Source: Podarcis filfolensis
Taxonomy: Eukaryota
Strand: one strand, 5' to 3'
DNA: 64,000 bases
NCBI GenBank assembly: GCA_964270895.1
Contig: OZ185452.1
Positions 13,701 through 27,227 of this stretch are shown in pieces (the stretch's first letter is position 1; every line of letters starts with the position of its first letter). The notes beneath the pieces were generated by a model that was not told the origin of the DNA, did no database searches, and was given only the letters and a program-made list of their open reading frames with translations. The translations under genes and the position numbers were made by a program.

Positions 13701-16700
13701 CCAAAGGCCTATCTCTATCTATGTGTCCTACAGTAGCTAAATAAGTATCTATGGGAAGTCCCCGAGAAGTATTCTCCCACTATTCTTCCTAGTGATTGGT
13801 ATTTAGATCCATGGTACTTCTGATCCTGTAGTATAGCTATCACAACCAGAAGCCACTGGTAGTCTTAACCTCCAGCAGTATAATCCTAATAGAGGCAAAC
13901 ACTGGGACAGGCATAAAATTGTAATGCAACAGACGCACAACTTATGAGGGGGTTACGTTCCAGGGATACCGCATTAAGTTAAAATCCCATATACAGTGGT
14001 ACCTCGGGTTACATACGCTTCAGGTTACATACGCTTCAGGTTACAGACTCCACTAACCCAGAAATATTACCTCTGGTTAAGAACTTTGCTTTAGGATGAG
14101 AACAGAAATTGGGCTCCGGCAGCGCAGCAGCAGCAGGAGGCCCCATTAGCTAAAGTGGTGCTTCAGGTTAAGAACAGTTTCAGGTTAAGAATGGACCTCT
14201 GGAACGAATTAAGTACTTAACCCGAGGTACCACTGTAGTCAAAACACATTGAGTGCAACTGCGGGTGAGACTGCCAAAGTCGTTTTCCCCAGACGCTCTC
14301 CCCCTTTCTTCCAACTTTTTTTTGCTTATGAACTCACTGCCACCAGATAAGGGGGCAGGGAGATTATTTCTACAAGGTTACCCCATTATTATTCAGCCTG
14401 GATAACCTCCCTGGTGTCTCCTTGAAGCCTTTCAAGGTACTGTAGGCTAAGGCTTCCAGGTATGAGGGTGTTTAACATAAGCTAAGACCACACAGGGAAG
14501 CGGGTGGCGCTATGGGTTAAACCACAGAGCCTAGGGCTTGCCGATCAGAAGGTCAGCGGTTCGAATCCCTGCGATGGGGTGAGCTCCCGTTGCTTGGTCC
14601 CTGCTCCAGCCAACCTAGCAGTTCGAAAGCACATCAAAGTGCAAGTAGATAAATAGGTACCGCTCTGGCAGCAAGGTAAACAGTGTTTCCGTGCACTGCT
14701 CTGGTTCGCCATGCTGGCTACATGACCCGGAAGCTGTACGCCGGCTCCCTCGACCAATAAAGCGAGATGAGCACCACAACCCCAGAGTTGTCCGCGACTG
14801 GACCTAATGGGCAGGGGTCCCTTTACCTTTAAGACCACACAAGCTAATGAAACAAGTGAGGAGTTTAAAATAGATAAATAGATAAAAATGCCACCCACTT
14901 TCCCTAGACTTAACCAGTTTTCACCTCAGCAGACTCTCAAGAGGAATCTTTATCTTGAGTAGCAGCCCTTTCTTATTTGCTTGCCTTTGTCCCAGACTTT
15001 GACAGTTTCTCATTGCACTGAGTTCCATCTTAAACTAAACAGCTCCTAGCTAGCTACCTGCAGAGATAGACTCCCGGCTATCACAAGCCCCAGAAAGAAC
15101 CCTTGGTAATACCAGAAAGCACTATTTCAAGGGGGGGGCACTTCACTTGGCAAGCATCAGACTGGGCCTTTCTGCGGTGGCCCCATCCCTATGAAATGCT
15201 CTTCTCTGTGACATACGCCTAGTTCATTGCTGACTATAAACAGGCCTTAAGTGCCTGGCTATTTCTGATGTTTATAATTGCTATTAACTGATTGCTGGTC
15301 TCATATTTGATAGTTAACATTTTAACCATTACTAGTATTTTTATTTTTGTTTATTTTTTATAGCTTTATATTCTATAAATTACTTTGAGAAGGTTATCAC
15401 TGTTAAAGGTGGCACAAAAATATTTCAAATGAATAAAGAAATACCTGCTCCCTTTTGATTAAAAAAAACACTGTTTTTGCCTTCTGAATCTGCATTCCCT
15501 TCATGCATCCTGTTTTTCTCCATGCCATCAACTTGCAGGTTCTGTAATACAATTTACAAGCACAGGGATTCTTTTTCATTCAGTTCAGTACAGGGAAGAG
15601 TTATCTGCATGTTCATGACTAACTCTGCTAATTAGTTAATTATTTCGCAAACAATATGTGATTTTGAGTTATTATTCCACTGATTAAATTTGGAACTTCC
15701 TATGTTCCTTTCTATACAACCCTGGTGGTTTGTTGTTGCTGGGGGGTTTGGGGGTTTTTTAAAACCATATCAAACATCTGGATGTGCCCTTAGAAATAAC
15801 TTCTTGAGCATAAGGACTGTTCAGCAGTCTACCATCCTGCCTGTGAAACAACCTGCCCTGAAGAAAGACTGAACAGATATTGTGCAGTGGATGCTTTAAT
15901 AATAGGATGCTTTCTTTCAGCAGCATGGTCAAACACAACCACCATTCAATCCCTTTTAAATCTAGAATTTTAAGTAGTAGTAATAGTAATAGTAATAATA
16001 ATTTTATTATTTATACTCCACCCATCTGGCTGGGTTTCCCCAGCAACTCTGGGCAGCTTACAGCACATAAAAAATTGTAAAACATCAGACATTAAAAATT
16101 TCCCAATACAGGGCTGCCCCCCTACTACAACACATACACACAATGGATTCAGGAAAATGATATTGTATATAACCTCTTCCTTTACTTTAGTGCTGCCTTC
16201 CTCTTCTTCCTCATCACAGTCTAGCCCCTGATGGGAGATCTCAGTGGAACCATTCTCCTCAACCAGATTGCTCTCCAGCAACCCCATCCGTTTGCTATCT
16301 GTTGTTACTCTCACTTTCATAATGTGGAACCCAGTGGAGACTGACCCGACTTTGAGGTTCACTGGTTCACCATCAAAAAGCAGGCAATCAGAGATGTTGC
16401 CTTCCTTAAAGCCAGGGGGTTGGTAATCATTGGGTGTGACTGCAAAGGAAAGACATATGAAATCCTGTGCTGCACAGCCTGAAGCAAAAGGCAAATGCAG
16501 GCCCCAGAGCAAGAAGCTAGGCTAGGCAGCTGAAGAAAATCGAAAAAACAACAACCATGGTTAGTTCATTAGCTATTGTGCTCCATGTTATTTTGTGCAT
16601 CTCTTGTTTATTTATTATTTATGTCAAAGAATTAAATACCACTTGATTTTTTTAAAAAAGCCCTGTAAAGTGGTTTATGAAGAGAATAAAACAATGAAAT

Positions 16701-19700
16701 TATCAAAATTAATTATTTGTTCCAACATTTATTTATTTATAGCATTTTAACACCGCTTTTCAGTCAAAAGAAGTTCCCAGAATGGCTTCCATAAGAATCA
16801 GAGAATTGTTAACTTGGAATGAACTCAAAGGGTCACCTAGTGAGTCCAACTTCTTACTATGCTGGAATCTCAATTAAAGCATCCCATCCAACCTCTGCTT
16901 TAAAACCTTCAAGGAAGGAGAGCCCACTACCTCCTGAGGGAGGTGAACAGCTCTTACTGTCAGAAAGTTATTCCTGATGTTTAGTTGGAATCTCCTTTCT
17001 TGTAACTTGAACCCGTTAGTTCAGGTCCTAGCCTCCAGAGCAGGAGAAAACAAGCTTGCTTCCTCTTCCATGTGACAGCATTTTAGATATTTGAAACCAG
17101 CCATTTGAACCCATTTGGTTTTGTCACCTACCTCGTAGCAAACTGTCACAACTTTGTAGGGTTAGGCAGTTAGGCATTGGAGTATTAGGTTGAAGGTGAG
17201 GAGAGGTAGTGGCCATCACCTACCCCTCCTAATTCAAGGGTATTCCGTTAAAGAAATCCGAGGTGCGTGGTCTCTGTCCAGCGCCTCAGATGGGGGTCTA
17301 GGGCCATGGCACGACCCCTAGCGGTGACCCCGGGGGAGTACCTAGTTGATGTGCATCAGCAGGGCTTCCCCCAACTGGTGGTTAACCCTTCCAAGACTTC
17401 CTGCAGATGGGCAGGAGTCAGATATAGTCATTTCGTTTCCAATGCCTAAGCCAATACCACTCACATTCTGTAACCAATAAAGTTGTGGCCTTTTTTGCCC
17501 ATTAATCTAAAATACTGGTTTCATGTGTCTTTATTCCAACATCCCGGAAGGTATTGGGACCTTGCCACACAATCTCCTTTTTTTCTCATTTGAACCTGTT
17601 GGTTCAGGCCCTAGCCTCCAGAGCAGGAGAAAACAAGCTTGCTTCCTCTTCCATGTGACAGCATTTTTTATATTTGAAGATGGCTATCATATTTCCTCTC
17701 AGTCTCCTCTTATCCAGGCCAAACATAGCGACTCCCTCAACTGTTCCTCATAAGGCTCTGCTTCCAGACCTTTTATCATCTTAGTAGTCCTCCACTGCAC
17801 GTGTTCCATCATGTCAGTATTTTTTCTTAAATTGTGGTTCTCTAGAGGTGCTCTGACCAAGACAGAATAGAGCAGGACTATTACTTCTCTTAATTGGGAT
17901 ACTATACTCTGTTGATGCAGCCTAGAATAGCATTAGGTTTCTTTGCAGCTGCATAACACTGTTGACTCAGGTTTGTTGTCTACGAAGACCACTAGATCTT
18001 TTTCACATGTACTACTGTCAAGCCAGGGACGCGGGTGGCACTGTGGGTTAAACCACAGAACCTTGGACTTGCCGATCAGAAGGTCGGCATTTCAAATCCC
18101 TGCGACGGGGTGAGCTCCCGTTGCTCGGTCCCTGCTCCTGCCAACCTAGCAGTTCGAAAGCACGTTCGCCAGAAGCGGCTTAGTCATGCTGGCCACATGA
18201 CCCAGAAGCTGTACGCTGGCTCCCTCGACCAATAAAGCGAGATGAGCGCCGTAACCCCAGAGTCGGCCACGACTGGACCCAATGGTCAGGGGTCCCTTTA
18301 CCTTTACCGTCAAGCCAGGTGTCTCCCATCTTATGTCTGTGCAGCTGTTTGTTCAACCTAAAACCTTACATTTGTCATTATTGAAATTCATTTTATTAGT
18401 TCTGGCCCACTTCTCCAATCTGTTAAGGTCATCTTGAATCCTGATTCTGTCTTCTGAGGTATTGGCTACCCTTCCCAGTTTGTTTGGATGAGCATAACCA
18501 CAATACCTTCATCCAAGTCACTCATAAAGATCTTAAACAAGAACAGAACCCTGTGGACAGAACCCTGTGGTCCCCCACTTGTCACATTTTTCTATGATGA
18601 CAAGGAACCACTTAGGTATGTAGCTGTTCTCACACGATCCCTCCATTCCTTCCCACTGCCCACCTTGACAACCAATTTGCCTCCAAGCTGCAAACTCTGA
18701 CATACATTTTGATAGCAGTTCCCCAATTTCCTTGTTTGTGTGCTAGTCCTGGGAATTAAATTAAGGGAAGCAAAGAAAGGTGGAATCTCATCACCTACCG
18801 TCATTGTAGTAGAACAGTTTCATGGTCAATGTAATGTCATTAGGCAGCGGTCCAAGATTCTGCATTAAGACATACAGTTTGCGGATCAACAAGATGCTGG
18901 CTTGCTTAATTTCCTCACTGGTCCCTCCATTTGTAAAGTTCCCTTGAGTGTCACCACTGAAACAATAAAGAAGTCAAAGTCTGCTCCAAATCATATGGCT
19001 CAACATTAAGGCATAAAACAAACTTTAAAAGTAGATACACTCAACAGGTACCAAGAAACAGTTTACTGAATCAAGGAGCTGAAGTTCAATATAATCCTAT
19101 AAAACAAGCTACTGGACCAGAAAATAGATGTGCAGGATCAGATGCAAGGCACACTACTTTCTATGCAATACCAGCGCAATGCATAGCTGTGTACTGACAA
19201 CATGGGAAGCTGACATGTGCTATGTCAAACTACTGATCCCATTGGCAGGAGTCTTTCCCAAACCTTTGGGTCTTTTGCATGGAAAGCATGTGCTCTGCTA
19301 CTGAACTTTGGTCCTTCCCCCAACCTATGAGCCAACCCTAGGAGTTTGAACCCACAGGAGCATGAGTCAGTCACAAGATGATGTGCCATTGACAGTCATG
19401 GACAGTTCTGCTCTCATGAATAACTGCTCGTGTGAACACTAGTTGCATGAGCAGTGTGACATGAAAGCCTTTAACACACACAAGATTGCAAATCTGATTG
19501 CATCTGTTGGAATTTTTTTAACAATGTGTCTGTTTCATGGAATCAGAGCAATGATCTTACATGAGTTCACAGTACTGTAATCATATAATTTCACGTGATA
19601 AATTATTTGTGGGAGCGAGCAACCTATGGAACATTAGAACTGACTCAGAAGTGTTCTTTGTCATTATACCTTCCCTAAATGAGTGGAAGACACATGGAAA

Positions 19701-22700
19701 GAGGGCCAAGGACAGAACAAGAGGTATGTGCCATCTGAAGACACTTCAGCTATCACAGATCTACTTACAACAAAGCAACCTGAAACATGTGCAGTGATAT
19801 GCTGCTGCAGCCTCTTCTGCTAAGATTGCAGATTCAGTTGCCAGACTTAGGATAACATTGTATACACCAACGCAAGCCAGTGTGTATGTGTTGGCTATAG
19901 CATCTAACCATTCTACAGGATTTGAACATCAATCTCACAGCGCCAGTAGAAGCCAAAATAGCAAAATTATTTTCAGTCACAAAAGCAACCACTGATGCCC
20001 CACTGGCAAATATAGAACACCTACTGACACATTTTACAGTAAGGATATAAAAGGGCTGCAGAGTCTTTTCACCACTATAATCAAGATAAATAGGAAAGAC
20101 AGATTTGCAGTGGGCTACTGCCTAGAATTACAAAATTTGTCATTAACACATGAATTGACACTATGACTGTGGAAAGGGCACAGCTCCAAAATTAAAAATG
20201 GTTATGAATACTCATTTGTTCAGCATTTGTATCTACGAATCCTATCTAAGAAATAAGGAAGCAATTTCAGAAACCATCAGATTGCCACTGGAGAGTATGT
20301 GCTCATCCTTCTAAGAAAGATTTAATTAAAGCAAGCTGAACAGGTTTATTTCAGCACCTCTAAATCTGTAACCCAGATCTTGACATCTAGCTCCAGTTCA
20401 CACAGCGAGAAGACTAGGTGCAAAGTGAGTGGTGAGATATTCAAGAGGATAATTGAAAGTGCCAAATCACATTAACATTTTTTTTTCACCATGGAGGTAT
20501 ATCATGAGTACCTTGTGAAGCGGCTTATCAAAGAAAATCTGAATTCTAAGTTGTACAGGGTATTTTAACTAGATGGTATATGATGTTGTGGAACTGTTTA
20601 CAAACTACAGTTCCACATGATTTGTGCCACCTGCTGGCAGTGGTGGGGAAAGCACCATCTGACAGGAAAGTGTGCAATTTGGAGTCCAATTACCGTAATA
20701 CATCTCAGTTCATCTGTCAAATCAGAAGATGGCCTGAGGGCCTGAGGCCACTCACTATTGTCTCTGTCTGATACTGATCTTGCCCTGAAGCAAGTCCAAC
20801 TGTATTTAATATGATTTATTCCTTAGGAGGTAGAAACATGATTGCACCCTTAGTACTGTAAAGAGAAATCTTATAGTTATCTAATTCACAGGCTTGTTGT
20901 AGGAGACATGCAAAGTAGTTTGCATGTGAAAAGGCACTACACAGTAAATAAATAAATAAAACAAAAGTCTGTCTGCATAAGAGCAGTTTTCTCAAATTAA
21001 ACACTTCAAGGCAGGGATAGGGAACCAAATGCAGCCCTCCAGGCCTCTGTCCAGCCCTCAGGACTCTCCTCAGACTATCCCCTTCACTGCCCCTCCTCTA
21101 GAGCTTTTGCCTGGTTCTGATGTGTCCTTGAATAATACCTCTTGCTTACCTGGATAGAGGATGGAGAGAAGTGTAGAAACCTCTGACTGCTGGATAGCCT
21201 TCTGTAAAAAAACATAGACCCTGCTCCTTTTAGGTTCTGGCACTAACTATGCCTCAGGGCTGGCATGTGGCCCCTGGAAGGTTTCCCATGAAGGAGTGTT
21301 GCTCACAAACTGAAAAGGGTTTCCCATCCCAGTTTTAAGGCAAGCATCTCTCTCAAGGTATTTGCCCGAGAAATTAAATGATGAAGTGTTTACCTATCGA
21401 AGTCCATCTGAGGTCCATTCCTTGAATACTTGAACTTAAACCGGTAGAATTCTGTCATGTGCTGGAGATTGAAAAGCAAAGAGCAAGACCGATTGTAACT
21501 TGCTACTGTAACAAATAGACTTCTGACCATCATGGGATGTTCTAGCCATATAATAATTCCCACATGAGATCTCAGAAAGTGTTTTCCATCTCCTTAGATC
21601 AGGGGTCTGCAACCTTTAAGACAAAAAGAGCCACTTGGACCCGTTTCCGAAGAAAAAAAAACTGGGAGCCGCAAAACTCGTCATTATAAAAATAATTTTT
21701 TTGTCACTTTTTTATTATTTCTTTGTTTGACCCCTCAGAATTACTCCTCATAGAAATAAACGTTAAATTAACAAGTTACCTTTTTGTGTGTGTGTGTTCT
21801 TCACTCCCCTTCAAAACAGTGACCAGCGTACATGCCCCTTACAATGTAGCGGGCGGGCGGGCGGGAAGGCGACGTCAGGACAGTGCGTGACTAACGCACG
21901 CACCGCCCCCATGCGACGTCACAGCCAGTACAGCGCCCGCCACAGTGGGGAGTGTCGGGGCGCACAATGCGCCTCCTCCCCTTGCTAGTATCCGCCCCGG
22001 AGCCGCGGCAAAGGTGTAAAAGAGCCACATGCGGCTCCGGAGCCGCGGGTTGCCGACCCCTGCCTTAGATTAAAGCACATGAGCTATCTGTTGACATTTT
22101 ATTCCCTTCTTCAAGTTGATTGCTTTGTCCTTAGATATCATTACTGTGTTGTATTAAGGACAGTCCCACACTTGATGCCATTACACAGAAAACTTTATGT
22201 TGGTCCTATAAAATGTTATTTTATCCATACATAGACCATTTATTACATTACTTTGGCTCTAATTAGCTGGAACATTTAGTACTCCATGTACAATGGTGCC
22301 AGCCTAACTCATCTGTCATGCTAAGAAAAAATGTGTATGGAAAAAATAAACAGCTGAAGGAGGGCAAAAAAAAATAATGAAATGGTTTGCTTGTTCTGAA
22401 ATACAGTGGTACCTCGGGTTGCAGACTCTTCAGGTTACAGATGCTTCAGGTTACAGACTCCACTAACCCAGAAATAGTACCTCGGGTTAAGAACTTTGCT
22501 TCAGGATGAGAAGAAGAAATCATGCTCCGGCGGTGCGGTGGCAGCTGGAGGCCCCATTAGCTAAAGTGGTACCTCAGGTTAAGAACAGTTTCAGGTTAAG
22601 AACGGACCTCCAGAAACGAATTAAGTTCTTAAGTAGAGGTAACACTGTAAGCATAAATGAGTTCACTAACTCAGAGTGGGAGATGCTGTGATTATACTCA

Positions 22701-25700
22701 AATGAAAAGAAGGTAAAGGGACCCCTGATCATTAGGTTCAGTCGTGGACTCTGGGGTTGTGGCGCTTATCTCGCTTTACTGGCTGAGGGAGCCGGTGTAC
22801 AGCTTCCGGGTCATGTGGCCAGCATGACAAAGCCACTTCTGGCAAACCAGAGCAGCGCACGGAAACGCCGTTTACCTTCCCGCCGGAGCAGTACCTATTT
22901 ATCTGCTTGCACTGTGTGCTTTTGAACTGCTAGGTTGGCAGGAGCAGGGACCGAGCAACTGGAGCTCACCCCGTTGCGGGAATTTGAAACGCCGACCTTC
23001 CGATCGGCAAGCCATAGGCTCTGTGGTTTAACCCACAGCGCCACCTGCGTCCCTACTCAAATGTGTATTAATTAAATTCACATCCTGCCTTCTCATTAGG
23101 ATGATCAAGACAGCTAACAAAATTGCACAAAGCAATTACAATGAACAAAAATGATACCAAAAAAATCAAATAAAAAATCATAATAATTCAGGATAAAAAC
23201 TGCAAGCTGGTTTTGACACCTCCCTCTTCTGCTGACTGTATGTTCTAAAGCCAACCATAATGGCAAAAGGAGGGCTTGTTGCCAGACACTTCCTTCAGCT
23301 GCTGACAGCAGTGGCGTAGCGTGGGTTGTCAGCACCCGGGGCAAGGCAAGTAATTTGCGCCCCCTAATCCATGGATTTGCGCCCCCTAACCCGTGGATTT
23401 GCGCCCCCTAACCCGTGGATTTGCCCTAACCCCAGATGTTGCGCCCGGTGCGGCCGGCCCCCCCCCTGCACCCCCCACGCTACGCCACTGGCTGACAGAT
23501 CCTATGGGCAATTGGAAACTGAAGTAAGACACATGGCTTCAGCTTAGTCCTGGTGATGATTGTAGATCTTATAAATGATTGTCTAGGAGTGCCTTTGGTG
23601 GTTTTCTTTTTTAAAATAAAGCTGTGTCCTCTCTCTATTTAGCAAAGGAAAGAGCTTTAGCTCACCAGCTTTGCATGCAAAAGGTCCCAGGTTCAATCTT
23701 CAGCATCTCAAAGAAGGTCTGGGTATATCCCTGTCTGGAACCCTAGAGAGCAGCTGCCAGTCATTGTAGATAAAGCTGAGCTGGCTGGACCAATGGCCTG
23801 ACTCAGTATAACACAGCTTCCTATGTTCCAAGCATGCATGTGTTGGTGGTGGAAGCTGAGATTCTGGTTAACTTGAACATAAAGCATAATTTCTGCCTAC
23901 TTGATTTTTGACTTTCTCTTACCTCAGGTTCTTTAGGGTTGGTATAGATCTGTTTTAAGAAAGCATTGAATTTTCATAGTAAAAATGAAGCAAGTACAAT
24001 TCTGTTTGATCACAGGTGGACTATAAATCTCACTGCAGGAATTTTTTTTACTCATCCTTCCTGGATCTGTAACTAGTCATACAAACTGTGAAACTGTGAG
24101 ATGTGTATATAAATATCTGTCTTGCAAAACTTTCCATAACCCCAGCTCTCATTCAGGGAATTAATAAAGCAGCAGCACCCACATAGATTTCTATAGTCAG
24201 TTTACCAAACCACCCAATATTCAAGACTTCTAATTTTAATAGATTTTAATAAAGCCAACAGATTTTAATACACATTTCCCTGCGGAAATGTCAATCATAA
24301 TATCTCAGTGTAGCAACTACAGAAACATGGGACCTCTCCTGACATAATTTTTAGTGCACATTCATGATTACTTGTTCTCTTGATGCTATTGGGGCAGTCA
24401 CACATGATCCCACTTTCAATACTGTTTGTGCCTGCAAAATTTTTGGGGCTGACACACTGCTTTACTTCCAATCAGTGCAAAATCCCATAACTTGCTATAT
24501 TTTTTATACATACAAATGTTCTGGTTTATTTTTGTTCTGCCTTTTGTTGCACTGTCCCTCCAGACAGAAATAATATGGTAGCATTGGGGAAGTATCTCAG
24601 AATAAACTAAACCAGAATAAATCCACCACTAATGCACTATTATTGTGTTAAGAACATGATGCAGAATGCACCTGCCATAAAACACTTGTCTGGAGAGGTC
24701 CATTAGGGCAATGAGACTGGTTTTACTTCGAGTGTAACAGCCACAATAGTCTACCATGCAAAGTGAAAAACTGCCCTCTCCTGGCCACTACTTAACGGGG
24801 ACAGTCAAAACTAAATGAACAACAGACTGCAAGAAGAATAAGCTTTTATAACCAATCATTCCAGCTATTTGCAAAGGGTGGTGTGTGAAGCTTGCTGTTC
24901 AGGGGGTGGGGGACTGTCAGCCCCCTAGACCTTTCTATCCAGCCCACAAGCAATCTCCAGGCCACACTCCTCTCTGCATCTTCTTGGAGTTTTTCTGCAT
25001 GGCTGGAATGTGTCTTTGAACTCTGATAATGCTCCCTGCTTGTCTGGATGGAGAGATGTGTGGTGTGTGTGTATAAAGCTGACTTTTGCGTGAACAGAAT
25101 GTAACCTACAGTACAAAAGTAAGAGTCCTATTAATTTCTCTGCCCACATTGCCACTGATCCCCACCCACCACTGCCATGCAGCCCCCAGGAGATTGTCCA
25201 TGAAGGAATGTGGCCCTTAGGTTGATAAGGGCTTCTTATCCTTTGCAACATGGGGGAGAGTAGAGTAAAAACAAGGGTGGTGAAAAAGACCCTCTTCATC
25301 CCTCCAAACTCCAACAGCAAATCTATTATGTTTGTTTGTTTGTTTGTTTAGTTGTTGTTAGCAACAAAATCTACAATAAACTCAGTATCTGTGATTAAAC
25401 ATTAGTCTGCTTTTGTTTACTGTGTCAATAGAAAATAAAGAAATCCTACATTTAACAAACTTATTGTCTGTGATTTATCAGCTGTACCAGGGCTGCTGCC
25501 CCTCCTGCATGAGGCAAGGTGAGGTGACCGCCTCAGGTGGCAGGATCCACAGGAGCAGCAGATCCAGCCTCCATGGAACACATCACCTGCTGCTGCGTTT
25601 GGAGGTCAGATCATCTGCTTCCCCAGTGCTGCCTCTGTAGAGGTTGTAGAGCAGGCATAGGCAAACTCGACCCTCCAGATGTTTTGGGACTACAACTCCC

Positions 25701-27193
25701 ATCATCCCTGACCACTGGTCCTGTGAGCTAGGGATGATGGGAGTTGTAGTCCCAAAACTTCTGGAGTCCCAAAACTGCTGGAGGGCCGAGTTTACCTATG
25801 CCTGCTATAGAGGCTTTTGACCCATAGGAGGCTCTCCTGATCTTCTCCCACCCTTGTTCCCAGTGTAGATCTTCACTCAACCCTTCTTCCCTGGCTAAGG
25901 GTGGGGGACATACTATTTTGTGGTTCGCCTCAGGTGCCAAAATGTATTGGGCTGGCCCAGAGCTGTACAGTGAACTTTAGTTTAATGAAATAACTTAAAA
26001 CTTCTAATAAAGAATTTTCCGCACTTTCACCAAACTACAATACCCAGAGGCTTGGGGTGGGTGGAGACTGGTGCAAACTGAACTGGTATTAAACCTTATA
26101 AAAAGATGTAGGTGTGTAAAGATGGCACTTGTAAACATATTCAAACAAGTTAGAGATTGCGGAGTGTACATCACAGTGGGAAGTAAAACTTGAGCAAAGT
26201 GTTCAGATATTGAGGTAAAATATATTGTTGAAATATCTTAATCTTTGCCCAAGGCAGGTGAGGCCAAGTTAGTATTTGTTCTTTCCAAACAGAGGAAGAG
26301 GAAATCCTCTGTGAATTGATTTCATGTACTACTTACTGTTAAAACAGCCATATGTAGCTGGAAAACAAAAACAAAAACAAAAGAAGGATCAAAAATCAGC
26401 ATTTCATTTCATTTCATTTCATTTATTTCATTTTAAATGTCCCCATCGTTTCTTCCCTTCAACTGCTACTATTTCCAATAGCTCAGGGCGGAGGGGGCGG
26501 GGGAACCAGCTTCTTTTTACTTGGATGTGCTGTGGTATCTTGGCGACTGAACAATGCAACTTTTCAAGTCTAAATTGTTTACTCAAAGAAATATCTCAGA
26601 TGCCATTTTACATGTGATTTAACATTGCAAAAATTTTCTTTACTGTAAATAGCAGTTGCTGGGAAGGACTTATCAGAAATGAGACTACAGCATATGGTGT
26701 GTGTGTTAAACTTTCCCTCCTGAGCTGTGGTCCTGATGTAAATCTCAATCCCAAAGGATGGGAGAGAGAGACCCCTCACTGGTGCCAATATAGTCTTTTT
26801 CCCACTTAGAGTGGTAGATGGAACTGCAAGAAACATCACTGACATCTTGTGGCTAATTGGATTAATTACACATAAAAGGGTAGCTTTAGGTTTACCGGTA
26901 TATTTCTTTTCTTAGTTGCACCCACCTGTATAAATCTTATAAAATCAGTTTCTGTACCGCATGCAACTGAAAAAGGCAGTCTTAACCCAGTGTTTGGTAT
27001 ATCTCAACTACTTTCATAGGGCCAAATTAGATCTGCCGACTTCTTTTTACCTTTGAAGTGGTTGTGGGGGATTTTAGTTTTTATGAATGCAGGTGCAGGG
27101 TAATGTGCTAAATCACACACACTTCTTTTCGGTGCCCAGAGGAAGAGGGAAATGGGTACTTGTATTGTGCCTGATCCCCAACCCCTACACACG

Positions 27194-27227
<34 letters not shown>

